From Patescibacteria group bacterium (GTDB taxonomy: Bacteria; Patescibacteriota; Minisyncoccia; Phycocordibacterales; UBA918), in NCBI GenBank assembly GCA_040386275.1, contig JAZKFU010000003.1:46554-110553 (forward strand): 64,000 nucleotides of DNA. The letters are read 5' to 3'. Position 1 is the stretch's first letter. Every line of letters starts with the position of its first letter. A model generated the notes under the pieces. It saw only the letters and a list, made by a program, of their open reading frames with translations, was not told the DNA's origin and ran no database searches. This document shows, piece by piece, positions 9,493 through 18,493 of the stretch. The translations under genes were made by a program, and so were the position numbers.

Positions 9493-10242
9493 ATGATAAT
9501 CCACCATACTGAAAAACATCGCTGGATTAAAGAAATTGACCCCTCAATATTCCCTGATTTTGGAAAAAATAATTCTAAGAAAATTCAATCCCTCCTCAAA
9601 GACATTTCCACTACGACCATTACCCATTCGTTTGAATTACTGACGACAGAGCATATTTCCTGGTTTGAAAAACTCTATAATGCTAATTTAGCAACGAAGC
9701 ACAACCCTCGTCCGTATGATGTATATGGGACAACCTTAGGGAAAGACATTATTATACATCCCTACCACATTTTAATCCTCTACGAAGCAGGAGTCCCAAT
9801 TGGTGGTACAATTTTCACATTACGAAAAGAACGCCTTTCGATGGTGTATCGTACCTACCCTTCTGACTGGTCTTTGCATTCATTCAAATGTTCACCCGCA
9901 CTCTACGCAGAGTATATTGCCACTGAACATGCCTTAGCGAACAAGCTACCGTTTTTAGTCCACGGTGTGGATTTAAACCCCTATGGAGTCCATTCAAATG
10001 TTGGGGTGGCAATTTTTAAATTATCGACTGGATGTCATCCCGAGATTAAACCTAGCTATTCGATTCACGAAACGGACCTCAACACACTGCCTTATAACTC
10101 TCTTATCCTTGAGGCTCCTGTAGCGGGGAATAAAATTATACAGGGGTATATAATTGGAAATGAAGAAACTGCTCAAAAATACGAACAACTATTTAAATAT
10201 AGTGATCAGCTACAGGTGACACTCTATACTCCCACTCTATGA
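9493..10242 (+). CDS. Hypothetical protein, GNAT/FemABX-like fold (paralog 1)
   Basis: C-terminal HG-D-N-YG...GVAIFKLSTG resembles the Fem/BioF2-GNAT 'G-x-x-x-FK-x-x-x-G' motif. Clear paralog of the next gene. Confidence 0.55.
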   Translation: MIIHHTEKHRWIKEIDPSIFPDFGKNNSKKIQSLLKDISTTTITHSFELLTTEHISWFEKLYNANLATKHNPRPYDVYGTTLGKDIIIHPYHILILYEAGVPIGGTIFTLRKERLSMVYRTYPSDWSLHSFKCSPALYAEYIATEHALANKLPFLVHGVDLNPYGVHSNVGVAIFKLSTGCHPEIKPSYSIHETDLNTLPYNSLILEAPVAGNKIIQGYIIGNEETAQKYEQLFKYSDQLQVTLYTPTL

Positions 10243-10973
10243 TAATTACTATTCCTGATAAAGTAAGTTGGCGAAAAACTATCGGCACCGATAGTTTTTC
10301 TCACTACAACAAAACCAACGCAAAACGTATCCTCAAAACGTTTACTCATCAAATGAGGGACGAGATTGCCTACACGATTGAAACACTTACTAGAGATCAT
10401 CTAGCTTGGTTTGAACCAATGTATGTTGCCAAAATTGCTCAAAAAGATAATCCTCAAATTATTAATCTCTATGAGACTACACTCAATAAAGTGAAGCGAG
10501 ATTTTAAAATTTTAATCATAACTGAAAGTGAGGTTAAATTAGGAGCTATTATTTTTTCAGAGAACGCTACCGAAGTAAATATTAGCTATAAAATTTTTGC
10601 CGACACCTGGAATATGAGCACTCTTCCAGCGGGTCCTTCATTGTATGCAGATTTTTTACTCACAGAACATGCAGCACGGTCACAAAAAATTACCATAAGC
10701 CATGGAAAAGATAGAAATGGTTATGGCATGACTTCAAGTATTGGTTTGGCTATATTTAAAATCTCTCTAGGATACAAACCCTATCTTCCAAAAAAATATG
10801 AGTTTATAAGTATGGATGACACCCAAATTACAAAAGATTCTTTATATTTTACGGTTACTTCTGAAGATTCTTCACTGGTAGGTAATTTATACACAACTAA
10901 AGACACACAGCACCAGTGGGAGCGATTAAACAGTTACAAGGATCAAGTAGTAATTAACTGGATTATCCGCTAA
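10239..10973 (+). CDS. Hypothetical protein, GNAT/FemABX-like fold (paralog 2)
   Basis: ATGA overlap with paralog 1. Shared motifs: WFE-x-x-Y-x-A, NP, P-x-LYA-x-x-x-x-TEHA, HGKDRNGYG, GLAIFKISLG. Confidence 0.55.
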   Translation: MIITIPDKVSWRKTIGTDSFSHYNKTNAKRILKTFTHQMRDEIAYTIETLTRDHLAWFEPMYVAKIAQKDNPQIINLYETTLNKVKRDFKILIITESEVKLGAIIFSENATEVNISYKIFADTWNMSTLPAGPSLYADFLLTEHAARSQKITISHGKDRNGYGMTSSIGLAIFKISLGYKPYLPKKYEFISMDDTQITKDSLYFTVTSEDSSLVGNLYTTKDTQHQWERLNSYKDQVVINWIIR

Positions 10974-10983
10974 GCACATCGCT

Positions 10984-12318
10984 TTACGTTATTCCAATAG
11001 ACTGCAGAAAGTGAACATGTTGTTCATTAGTGGGATCAAATTTCCCCGCATCAATAGTAATGTCGGGTAAGGTATTATTTTTCACCGCCTCCCAATGACG
11101 CATATTTCCTTTCCGATATATTAAATCTTTGGTAAACACTACACCCGGAACCATACCTGAAGTCCCTCGAAATATTCGCACACATCGATTCCACGCCAGT
11201 TCTTTTGCATGTTCAATTGAGGTATTTTCCGTTATGAGAAAATAATCAGTCATCAGTGCATGAGTTTGAGAAAAATTTCGCGGATGAGCACCATCAGATC
11301 CAAGTGCCAAACCAATAGCCAAATATGCCTCTAACCCCGAATATCCTTGCAAAGATTGCGCTTGTTGCTCACGATAGGTTGCTAGTCCTTCTTCACCTTG
11401 CTCATACTGATGTAATCCCACTCCTAATAATTTTAATACGGAACGTTCCCCCCGTATCTTACGAACGACGTGCGTTCCAATTTCATGAGCAATCAGTCCC
11501 CGCACTCGTGCTTCTGTTAACCGTTTACGTTTACTTCGTTTAATTAATTGTTCACTACTTGGTAAATAAATTTTCTGTAAATTATAAGAAACAGAAACAG
11601 TCGAACGAGCACCTTTACTATCGACTACTACACTCCAGCTGTCGTCTATACCATACTCTTTAAATCCTTCCTCAAAAATATTTTTAAGGAGGCCTGCATC
11701 AGTAACCGCAGGTGTTCGAGACACTACAATTCGCGGAGTCACTTCAAGACTTACGAAATGAGGATGTGACTTTTTATAAAATGAAAATAAAGCTTTTAAT
11801 CGTTCTACAGATGGTGTATGTTCGTTATTAAAATTTGGTTTAGCTATCATTCTATTAATTTCTCGCTCAGCTGTCTGCATCACTTTTAAAAAAATGTCGG
11901 CATCAACAGTACCATACAGTTGCTTTGAATACTCGAGAAATAAACGCATGCTCATTTCTGGATTAACATCTCGACCCAGGGCCTGTGTTTGACGAAGTAA
12001 TTTGATTTTAGATAATCGTTCTTCTATAGCTAGATGGTATTGCTCTTTAATTACCTGAGGCAATTCATCATCGTGAGCAAGATCTTTATGGAGCTCATGG
12101 AGCAAACCCTCTGGTTTGTCATAATTATTACGATTATTTTTAGTATACGTAAAAATTGGGTGTGGGATTTCACCTCGCAAAAATATTTCCTTACCTTTTG
12201 TAAGACAATACAAGTCCGGTCGAATACTACTTAACACTGAAACTTTTGCGTGTTGATATTTTTTAAATATTTTTTCGTCAAACGCTTCGTTATCAAAGGT
12301 ATTGCCCGTATCACGCAT
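10984..12318 (-). CDS. DUF1704 / MATCAP-like (QEGLA-motif) zinc metallopeptidase
   Basis: AHEIGTHV (HExxxH), EEGLATY, R-x-FRG and FTKDLIY-x-x-G motifs. Confidence 0.8.
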   Translation of the reverse strand: MRDTGNTFDNEAFDEKIFKKYQHAKVSVLSSIRPDLYCLTKGKEIFLRGEIPHPIFTYTKNNRNNYDKPEGLLHELHKDLAHDDELPQVIKEQYHLAIEERLSKIKLLRQTQALGRDVNPEMSMRLFLEYSKQLYGTVDADIFLKVMQTAEREINRMIAKPNFNNEHTPSVERLKALFSFYKKSHPHFVSLEVTPRIVVSRTPAVTDAGLLKNIFEEGFKEYGIDDSWSVVVDSKGARSTVSVSYNLQKIYLPSSEQLIKRSKRKRLTEARVRGLIAHEIGTHVVRKIRGERSVLKLLGVGLHQYEQGEEGLATYREQQAQSLQGYSGLEAYLAIGLALGSDGAHPRNFSQTHALMTDYFLITENTSIEHAKELAWNRCVRIFRGTSGMVPGVVFTKDLIYRKGNMRHWEAVKNNTLPDITIDAGKFDPTNEQHVHFLQSIGIT

Positions 12319-12323
12319 AGACG

Positions 12324-13046
12324 TTAAATCCCAAACTGTACAGCGGGAGCACTTGAACTAGCTGAACCTGTTGCCTGTCCTTCTACTGGTATCATTTGCA
12401 ATTCTTCTTGGGGGAGATTGAAATTAATTTGTGGATTCACGGCGACGGCAATTTGCGCTTTAAAGTCATCGTATGAGGACACTTCCATCTTGGTCCCATT
12501 AAGGTAAAACGATGGTGTGCCGGTTAACCCTAAATCTCGAGCTTCATACATGTTTGTTTTTATATTGTCCTGGAGCAGGCTTGATTTTTGGTGTTGGGCG
12601 AATTTTTCCAAATCAAGCTCAAGTTCTTCAGCATACTTTTTAAAGAAACCAGTTGGGTTTGTTGATTTAGACCATTCATCTTGACCGGCAAATAGTTTAT
12701 CGGCATATTCGAAGAACTTTCCTTGTTGCCCAGCCGCTTCAGCAGCGCGTGCGGCCGGTTCGGCAAACGGATGGATTTGCACTAACGGATAGTGTTTGTA
12801 TTCAAATTTAACTGAGTCACCAAATTCTGTCATCACTTCATTTACCACCGGTTGGAACGCTCCACAGGCTGGACACTGAAAATCACTGTACTCCACGAGT
12901 GTGACCGTCGCGTTTTCATTACCTTTAATATGGCTTTGCACTGTTACTCCTTCATTGGCTTTTTCTGACACACTTGATGAATACCAGATTGCTCCCCCAA
13001 TCAACACAAACATAATCACCGCAATTACTACCCATGGATTTTTCAT
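12324..13046 (-). CDS. DsbA-family thioredoxin-domain protein
   Basis: N-terminal TM, EYSDFQCPAC, KHYPL, GTPSF. Likely start MKNPW at 13046. Confidence 0.9.
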   Translation of the reverse strand: MKNPWVVIAVIMFVLIGGAIWYSSSVSEKANEGVTVQSHIKGNENATVTLVEYSDFQCPACGAFQPVVNEVMTEFGDSVKFEYKHYPLVQIHPFAEPAARAAEAAGQQGKFFEYADKLFAGQDEWSKSTNPTGFFKKYAEELELDLEKFAQHQKSSLLQDNIKTNMYEARDLGLTGTPSFYLNGTKMEVSSYDDFKAQIAVAVNPQINFNLPQEELQMIPVEGQATGSASSSAPAVQFGI

Positions 13047-13142
13047 ATCGCATATTGTAACAAATAAATTCAATTGATTGGAAACTTTTCACCTTGTAAA
13101 ATATGGATTTTTATGCTGTAATGTAAATTCATTTTAAAAACT

Positions 13143-13883
13143 GTGGCAAAACGACCCTTCATACGAAAACAAAAAAAGAAAACTCACGGGACTACGTTTT
13201 GGGATAACGAGTATAAAAATGCTGACCACCTCAAACTCTCTACTGATCACAGTGAGGATCTCGAAAAGTTCACCCGATATATCATCCGTCAAAAACGGGG
13301 AGATATATTAGCAGTGGGCGCCTCGGTCCTTGATGTTGGGTGTGGTAATGGACGTAACTTAATTTTCTTAGCACGCGAGTTTGGGATGAAAGGAGTTGGC
13401 TACGACATCAGTGCCCAAGCCATCGAACAAGCCAAGCAGGCCTCAACGCAATTTGATCTCACCTACGAGGCCCGCAGTATTGCTGGCTTACTCACCGTAC
13501 CAGATAACTCGCAGAGTCTGGTGCTCGACATGATGACCTCACACTTTTTAAATAAAAAAGAGCGCGAGTTTTTACGCGATGAAATATTTCGTGTCCTCGT
13601 ACCAGGCGGGTTTATGTTTATGAAAACCTTCCTCGCCGACGAAGACCTCCACACCAGACGACTCCTGCGTGATTTCCCCGGCAAAGAAGCCGGCGCCTAC
13701 GTCCACCCCGTTATCGGAGTAGATGAATATGTCTACTCTGAAGAAGTGTTAACCGATTTCCTCGCCGAAAAGTTTATCGTCCATAAAATCTACAAATCCC
13801 ACCGCCATGTGTTGAAGGGAAAGGCGAGAAAGCGACGGACTGTATCCATATACGTAGAAAAAGACTACCAAACGGACAGGTAA
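13143..13883 (+). CDS. Class I SAM-dependent methyltransferase
   Basis: VLDVGCGNGRN motif I, GYDIS, RVLVPGG. GTG start. Confidence 0.9.
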   Translation: MAKRPFIRKQKKKTHGTTFWDNEYKNADHLKLSTDHSEDLEKFTRYIIRQKRGDILAVGASVLDVGCGNGRNLIFLAREFGMKGVGYDISAQAIEQAKQASTQFDLTYEARSIAGLLTVPDNSQSLVLDMMTSHFLNKKEREFLRDEIFRVLVPGGFMFMKTFLADEDLHTRRLLRDFPGKEAGAYVHPVIGVDEYVYSEEVLTDFLAEKFIVHKIYKSHRHVLKGKARKRRTVSIYVEKDYQTDR

Positions 13884-13994
13884 AAATAGCATATCCCGTT
13901 GTCGTTGTTCATAAAATAAATTTCAACGTACAAAAAAGTACGTCTCAAATTATTTTATTCCATCTCCTAGGGCTATATCTATTTTTCACTGTCC
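13874..13994. mobile_element. MITE-like palindromic element (reverse orientation) overlapping the methyltransferase stop
   Basis: TIR GGACAGGTAAAAATAG / CTATTTTTCACTGTCC, central CGTACAAAAAAGTACG, CGTTGT and CCTAG landmarks as in 2648-2770. A truncated related piece lies at ~14021-14062 (CCTTGCGCGCCTAG). Confidence 0.6.
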
Positions 13995-14113
13995 TAACTA
14001 ATTCTCTTAGATTTATCAAACATTCCTTGCGCGCCTAGGACTAAATCTATTTTTGACAATCCTTCCTTTTCAGAGAGAGTTTAGATTTTATTGAGCTGCT
14101 AGATTACATTATA

Positions 14114-14154
14114 AAAATACCAAGTAGGAGGTTTTGTCTCTTACTTGGTATTTT
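14114..14154. terminator. Probable bidirectional intrinsic terminator
   Basis: AAAATACCAAGTAGGAG / CTCTTACTTGGTATTTT hairpin between convergent genes. Confidence 0.6.
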
Positions 14155-14175
14155 GTGGTGTAATTTTGCGTAATG

Positions 14176-14445
14176 TTACTGAGAAAACATTTCTTCGTCG
14201 GGGGTTGGAAATTCCATACCTACGTCACTGTGACCGGTTACTGAACTTGAGGCGGTGAGAGGGTCAACGGGTGGGTTACTGGTTGGCGGGGTGTAACCTT
14301 CTCGTGGTTCTCCTTCTGCTGGCGCGGTTGGGATTGGAGTTACCGGTGGTTCTACCACTACTTCAGTTTTTGGATTACTAATCAGATACACGTAGTAACC
14401 TAAGGCCACAATAATCAACGATTGAATAATGATAATAAGTTTCAT
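14176..14445 (-). CDS. Hypothetical single-TM, Pro-rich protein
   Basis: 89 aa; TATAAT lies 7 nt upstream of the ATG. Confidence 0.65.
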   Translation of the reverse strand: MKLIIIIQSLIIVALGYYVYLISNPKTEVVVEPPVTPIPTAPAEGEPREGYTPPTSNPPVDPLTASSSVTGHSDVGMEFPTPDEEMFSQ

Positions 14446-14490
14446 ATGCCCTATTATACCCTGCTTCTTAAAGCTAACTGTATTAATTCA

Positions 14491-14730
14491 CTATTTCCCC
14501 GCTTGTTTTTGTTGTCTTTTTATTGTTTGAAGATACAGTTTTTCTACTTTTTCCCGAGCCCACGGTGTTTTGCGTAAAAATACCAGACTAGAATTAAGGC
14601 TCGGCTTATCAATAAAACAATTAATGGCAATCTTCTCCCCCAACTTCGGAAACCCATACTCAGCAATTAAAAATTCCAAAATTGCCTTCAAAGTAACCCC
14701 ATGCAACGGATTTTTCGGCTGTTCATTCAT
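14491..14730 (-). CDS. VF530-family (DUF2132) DNA-binding protein
   Basis: NPLHGVTL...INCF...PS-x-x-SSL-x-FLRKTPWAREKVE signature. Confidence 0.9.
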   Translation of the reverse strand: MNEQPKNPLHGVTLKAILEFLIAEYGFPKLGEKIAINCFIDKPSLNSSLVFLRKTPWAREKVEKLYLQTIKRQQKQAGK

Positions 14731-14847
14731 AAATTTATAGGTGTAAGTATACTACCACTAAATTATTATTTTTTTATTTTTCTAAAATAAGTTATGTTCA
14801 CTCAAACGTTTTCCTAAATTATATGCAATCTTTTAATTTACCGGTAG

Positions 14848-15085
14848 GGTTTCATAAACGAGTACAGTTCTAGGTGAGAAGTGACTCAATGTCACTTCGC
14901 AAGACTCATTGAGGGATTTTGCAAAAATAACCAATGAGTGGACAGCTTCTGTAAGAAGCGAAAGGACAAAGACGGCAGCTGGTCCAGCGATTTTCCCAAG
15001 GGAAGAAAAAATCGGGACAGAAATTCAGAATTGTCGCTACACTCTGTTCTTCATTCCACAACGAAATGTGCCGTTTCTGGAAGCC
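14848..15085. mobile_element. MITE-like element (long form)
   Basis: TIR GGTTTCATAAACG / CGTTTCTGGAAGCC. The interior matches 5155-5379 and the right end matches 2648-2770. Confidence 0.75.
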
Positions 15086-15094
15086 GTCTCCCTT

Positions 15095-16360
15095 TTAGAT
15101 ATTTCTGCCCGCGACGGCGCCCGTCGACCACGACAACTGTAAACTATACCCCCCTGACGGTCGATTAATATTTAAAACATCTCCGACCACATACAACCCG
15201 GGTACGAGTTTTGACTCCATGGTTTTAAAATTTATCTCGCGTAAATCTACTCCGCCTGCGGTGGCCACTGCTTTATCTGAACCAAGCAAACCGGTAACGG
15301 TTAAAGGGAGCGCTTTGATGGTGACGCCAATTCGTTTTCGGTTACTGGCCGAGACACTATGAACGGGAGTTTCTCCATCTATATCGAGCGAGTTTAGCAG
15401 TGGTATAACGAGAGCAGTTTTAATCATCTCACTTAAAACATTTTTTAGTTTTTTATTAGGAGTCTCAGTAAATTTACTGAGCAACACTTCCTGCACTACA
15501 CTCGCGTCGATTTCAGGAACCAAATCAATTTTTATTGTCACTTCGCCTTCTACGAGTACGTCTCCGATGAGTTTGCTTTGATTTAAAATAAGCGGGCCTG
15601 ATAGTCCAACATGGGTGAATAATAGTTTACCCGTAGCTTTTTGTCGCTTCACACCATTGCAATATATCGATATCGAAGCATCGGGAATACTCACTCCCCC
15701 TAATGTTTTAGTCCAACTTTCCTTAACGGCGACCGGCACGAGCGTATCGTTACCTTTGTGAATGGTGTGCCCTAGTTTCTGCAACCAAACATACCCATCC
15801 CCCGTTGAACCTGTTTCTGGTCGGGCTGTCCCGCCGGTTGCTACTATTACTGACTGAGCCCGTACCTCACTGTATGGAACTAGTGTAATTACAAATTCAG
15901 TAGTGGATTTTGTAATAGCCACTACTCTTTTACCGGTCTGTACGGTTACCTTTTGGTTTTTTAACTCATTTTCTAATACTAAAAATACTGATTCCGCTTT
16001 TTGGGTGTGCGGAAACAAACGACCTTCATTTTCTTCAATAAACGATAAATCGCGTTCAGCAAAAAAAGTAATCGTGTCGGTCACTCCGTACTGCATAAAG
16101 GTCGAGAACAAAAATTTTCCCGCTTCTTTGTACTGGCTGAGCATCTCTCGCACGACGGGTTTATTATTGGTGACGTTACACCGTCCCCCGCCAGTAATCA
16201 AAAGCTTTTTCCCGAGTCCAGGATTTTTTTCAATAAGTAGTACCCGCTTGCCACGCTTACCCGCTTCAATGGCAGCCATCATCCCTGCCGGTCCGCCACC
16301 AATAACCACGACATCAAAGATATCGATACTGAAGTTTTGTTGAGTACGAGGCTTGGCCAT
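15095..16360 (-). CDS. HI0933/BaiN-family FAD-dependent oxidoreductase
   Basis: GGGPAG, GKKLLITGGGRCNVTN, TGSTGDGY, LFTH-x-GLSGP, GGYSLQ. Confidence 0.92.
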   Translation of the reverse strand: MAKPRTQQNFSIDIFDVVVIGGGPAGMMAAIEAGKRGKRVLLIEKNPGLGKKLLITGGGRCNVTNNKPVVREMLSQYKEAGKFLFSTFMQYGVTDTITFFAERDLSFIEENEGRLFPHTQKAESVFLVLENELKNQKVTVQTGKRVVAITKSTTEFVITLVPYSEVRAQSVIVATGGTARPETGSTGDGYVWLQKLGHTIHKGNDTLVPVAVKESWTKTLGGVSIPDASISIYCNGVKRQKATGKLLFTHVGLSGPLILNQSKLIGDVLVEGEVTIKIDLVPEIDASVVQEVLLSKFTETPNKKLKNVLSEMIKTALVIPLLNSLDIDGETPVHSVSASNRKRIGVTIKALPLTVTGLLGSDKAVATAGGVDLREINFKTMESKLVPGLYVVGDVLNINRPSGGYSLQLSWSTGAVAGRNI

Positions 16361-16362
16361 AC

Positions 16363-18264
16363 TTAATACGACAAACCAGCATACCGCGGGAATAATACTG
16401 GCGTACCATCAGCCGTAATCCCGTTTACGTCAATGGGTAATTGCTCGGCTGTTTTAGGCCACGGTAGGGGCAAGGTGCCCATAAATAGTTTGTCACCAAA
16501 CAACACATCACTCACGCCCGCTCCTTCACTGCCCGGGAGCCACGCTGCCACGAGCGCGTCCCACGAATCTACTTCGTTACTAATTAACAGAGGTCGACCG
16601 GACACAATGATGACCACAACCTGATTACTATTAGCTTGCAAATTTTGAATAGTTTTCAAATCTTCATTAGATAAAATGGGGTACTCTCGATCACCCCAGC
16701 CTTCGGCATACGGCACTTCTCCGACCACTGCAATACCCACGTCGGCTTTTTGGCCAGCAGTTTTGTATTCCCCCATCAAACTGTATTCAAGAATAGTTTG
16801 CGGTGACACAGCGTCCTTAATGCCCTGCAAGATTGAGGTACCCGGGGTAAGGACGTTACCATCGACACCCTGCCACTCTACCGTCCAGGCACCAGATTGC
16901 CTTCCAACATTATCAGCCGCACTGCCGGCTACACGAATATGACGCGTGGTTTTAGATAGGGGTAATACATCGTTAGTGTTTTTTAGTAACACCAGTGATT
17001 GTGCCACCGCGGTTCGAGCGAGCGCTTGATCAGACGCAAGCGATGGCACTACTGCCTCTCTTGAATCAATACCGTCAAACATCCCAAGAGCAAATTTAGC
17101 GCGCATGATTCTCGTGACTGCATCATCAATGCGAGCGGTAGAAATTAGTCCAAACCGATGCGCCCACGTCACATGTTTTATAAACGTTTTGTAATCAAAC
17201 GGCAACATCACCATATCCACTCCTGCATTAATGGCGCGAGTGCTCGCTATAAATTTATTCAACACTCCTTCATAGACACCATACCAGTCAGAAACCACAA
17301 ATCCCATAAATCCAAGCTCTGTTTTCAATTCCCCCGTCAGGATGGATTTATTTCGAATCAGTCGATTATTGCCCCACTCGTTTAAACCAACCATAACCGA
17401 CAACGCACCTGCGTTGATGGCGGATTTAAATGGTGGCAGATATTGTTTTTCTAAATGTTCGATATCGTCATTGGTTTTCCCTTGATCAATAGAAAAATTT
17501 TTGTTGGTTGAGGTCTTCCATTGCATTGCCCCCACGCCTACAAAGTGTTTGAGTGTAGCAAGCACCGGCATCGTTTCGCTGTTGGCTTGCGGATAGGTTT
17601 GTAAGCCTTCGACATAGGCACTCCCTAAGCGTGCTGCTAAGAGTGGGTCATCTGAATACGCTTCGTACACCCGTCCCCAACGAATATCACGCGGCAAATC
17701 TAAATTTGGAGCATAATTCCAATTGGCACCCACCATTTGTAAATCACGAGCGGTCACCTGAGCTATTTGTTTCACTAAGGTGGCGTCTCCAGTTGCTCCT
17801 AAGGCAATTTGATGGGGGAACACTACGGTCCCTGGCAATAATGCGTGCCCGTGCACCGCATCAACTCCGTAGAGAATTGGAATTTTTAAACGATTGGACT
17901 GAGCCTGAGTTTGAAACGATTCAATCATCGTGCGCCAGCCGTCGGCAGTATTTTGTTCCGGCTTGGCTCCCGCACCACTTAATACTGCCCCTAATCCGTA
18001 GGTAGCAATATCAGAAGGATTGGTCAAGCTGTTTTTTTCAACCAGCGCCATCTGGCCAATTTTTTCCTTTAGCGTCATCTGTGCCACTAAATCCTGTATT
18101 CGTGTTTCAACCGGAAGACTAGTATCCAGATATTTTGTACTCAACGGTGGGACATTATTTTCTAACATACTATTTCGAACCACAAATAACCCCATAATCA
18201 CTACCGCCCCTCCAATCAATAACAGTAAGGTACGCCACACCCCGAACGACAATAAGGACTTCAT
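16363..18264 (-). CDS. Glycoside hydrolase family 3 (membrane-anchored beta-glucosidase)
   Basis: MTLKEKIGQM, DAVHGH, RDIRWGR-x-YE, KHF, VSDW nucleophile, AWLPGSEG. Confidence 0.93.
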   Translation of the reverse strand: MKSLLSFGVWRTLLLLIGGAVVIMGLFVVRNSMLENNVPPLSTKYLDTSLPVETRIQDLVAQMTLKEKIGQMALVEKNSLTNPSDIATYGLGAVLSGAGAKPEQNTADGWRTMIESFQTQAQSNRLKIPILYGVDAVHGHALLPGTVVFPHQIALGATGDATLVKQIAQVTARDLQMVGANWNYAPNLDLPRDIRWGRVYEAYSDDPLLAARLGSAYVEGLQTYPQANSETMPVLATLKHFVGVGAMQWKTSTNKNFSIDQGKTNDDIEHLEKQYLPPFKSAINAGALSVMVGLNEWGNNRLIRNKSILTGELKTELGFMGFVVSDWYGVYEGVLNKFIASTRAINAGVDMVMLPFDYKTFIKHVTWAHRFGLISTARIDDAVTRIMRAKFALGMFDGIDSREAVVPSLASDQALARTAVAQSLVLLKNTNDVLPLSKTTRHIRVAGSAADNVGRQSGAWTVEWQGVDGNVLTPGTSILQGIKDAVSPQTILEYSLMGEYKTAGQKADVGIAVVGEVPYAEGWGDREYPILSNEDLKTIQNLQANSNQVVVIIVSGRPLLISNEVDSWDALVAAWLPGSEGAGVSDVLFGDKLFMGTLPLPWPKTAEQLPIDVNGITADGTPVLFPRYAGLSY

Positions 18265-18370
18265 AATCCCCAGTATACCATCCCTCGCCCCATCTAAACT
18301 ATTTTATAAATTTATTTATTCTCCCTCAGCAAGGGTAGATTTCAGAAACGTCGTGATTAAAATTTCATAT

Positions 18371-18490
18371 AGGGTCATTAAAATGAGTAGGATTCTAGGC
18401 GCTCAAATGAAATGGTGCGAGCCGTACTTCTTGTACGGTGAGTATCATTTCGTGCAGAGCAACAACGAAGCCTGCCATTTTTATGGCCCT
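18371..18490. mobile_element. MITE-like palindromic element
   Basis: TIR AGGGTCATTAAAATG / CATTTTTATGGCCCT with CTAGGCGC, CGTACTTCTTGTACG and ACAACG as in 2648-2770. A stray TTTCAGAAACG end lies at ~18340. Confidence 0.65.
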
Positions 18491-18493
18491 CAC

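Noticed and set aside
14909-15168. ORFs 14909-15142 and 14938-15168
   Set aside because: They lie within the MITE-like repeat and overlap the end of the HI0933-family gene on the opposite strand; no protein motifs.
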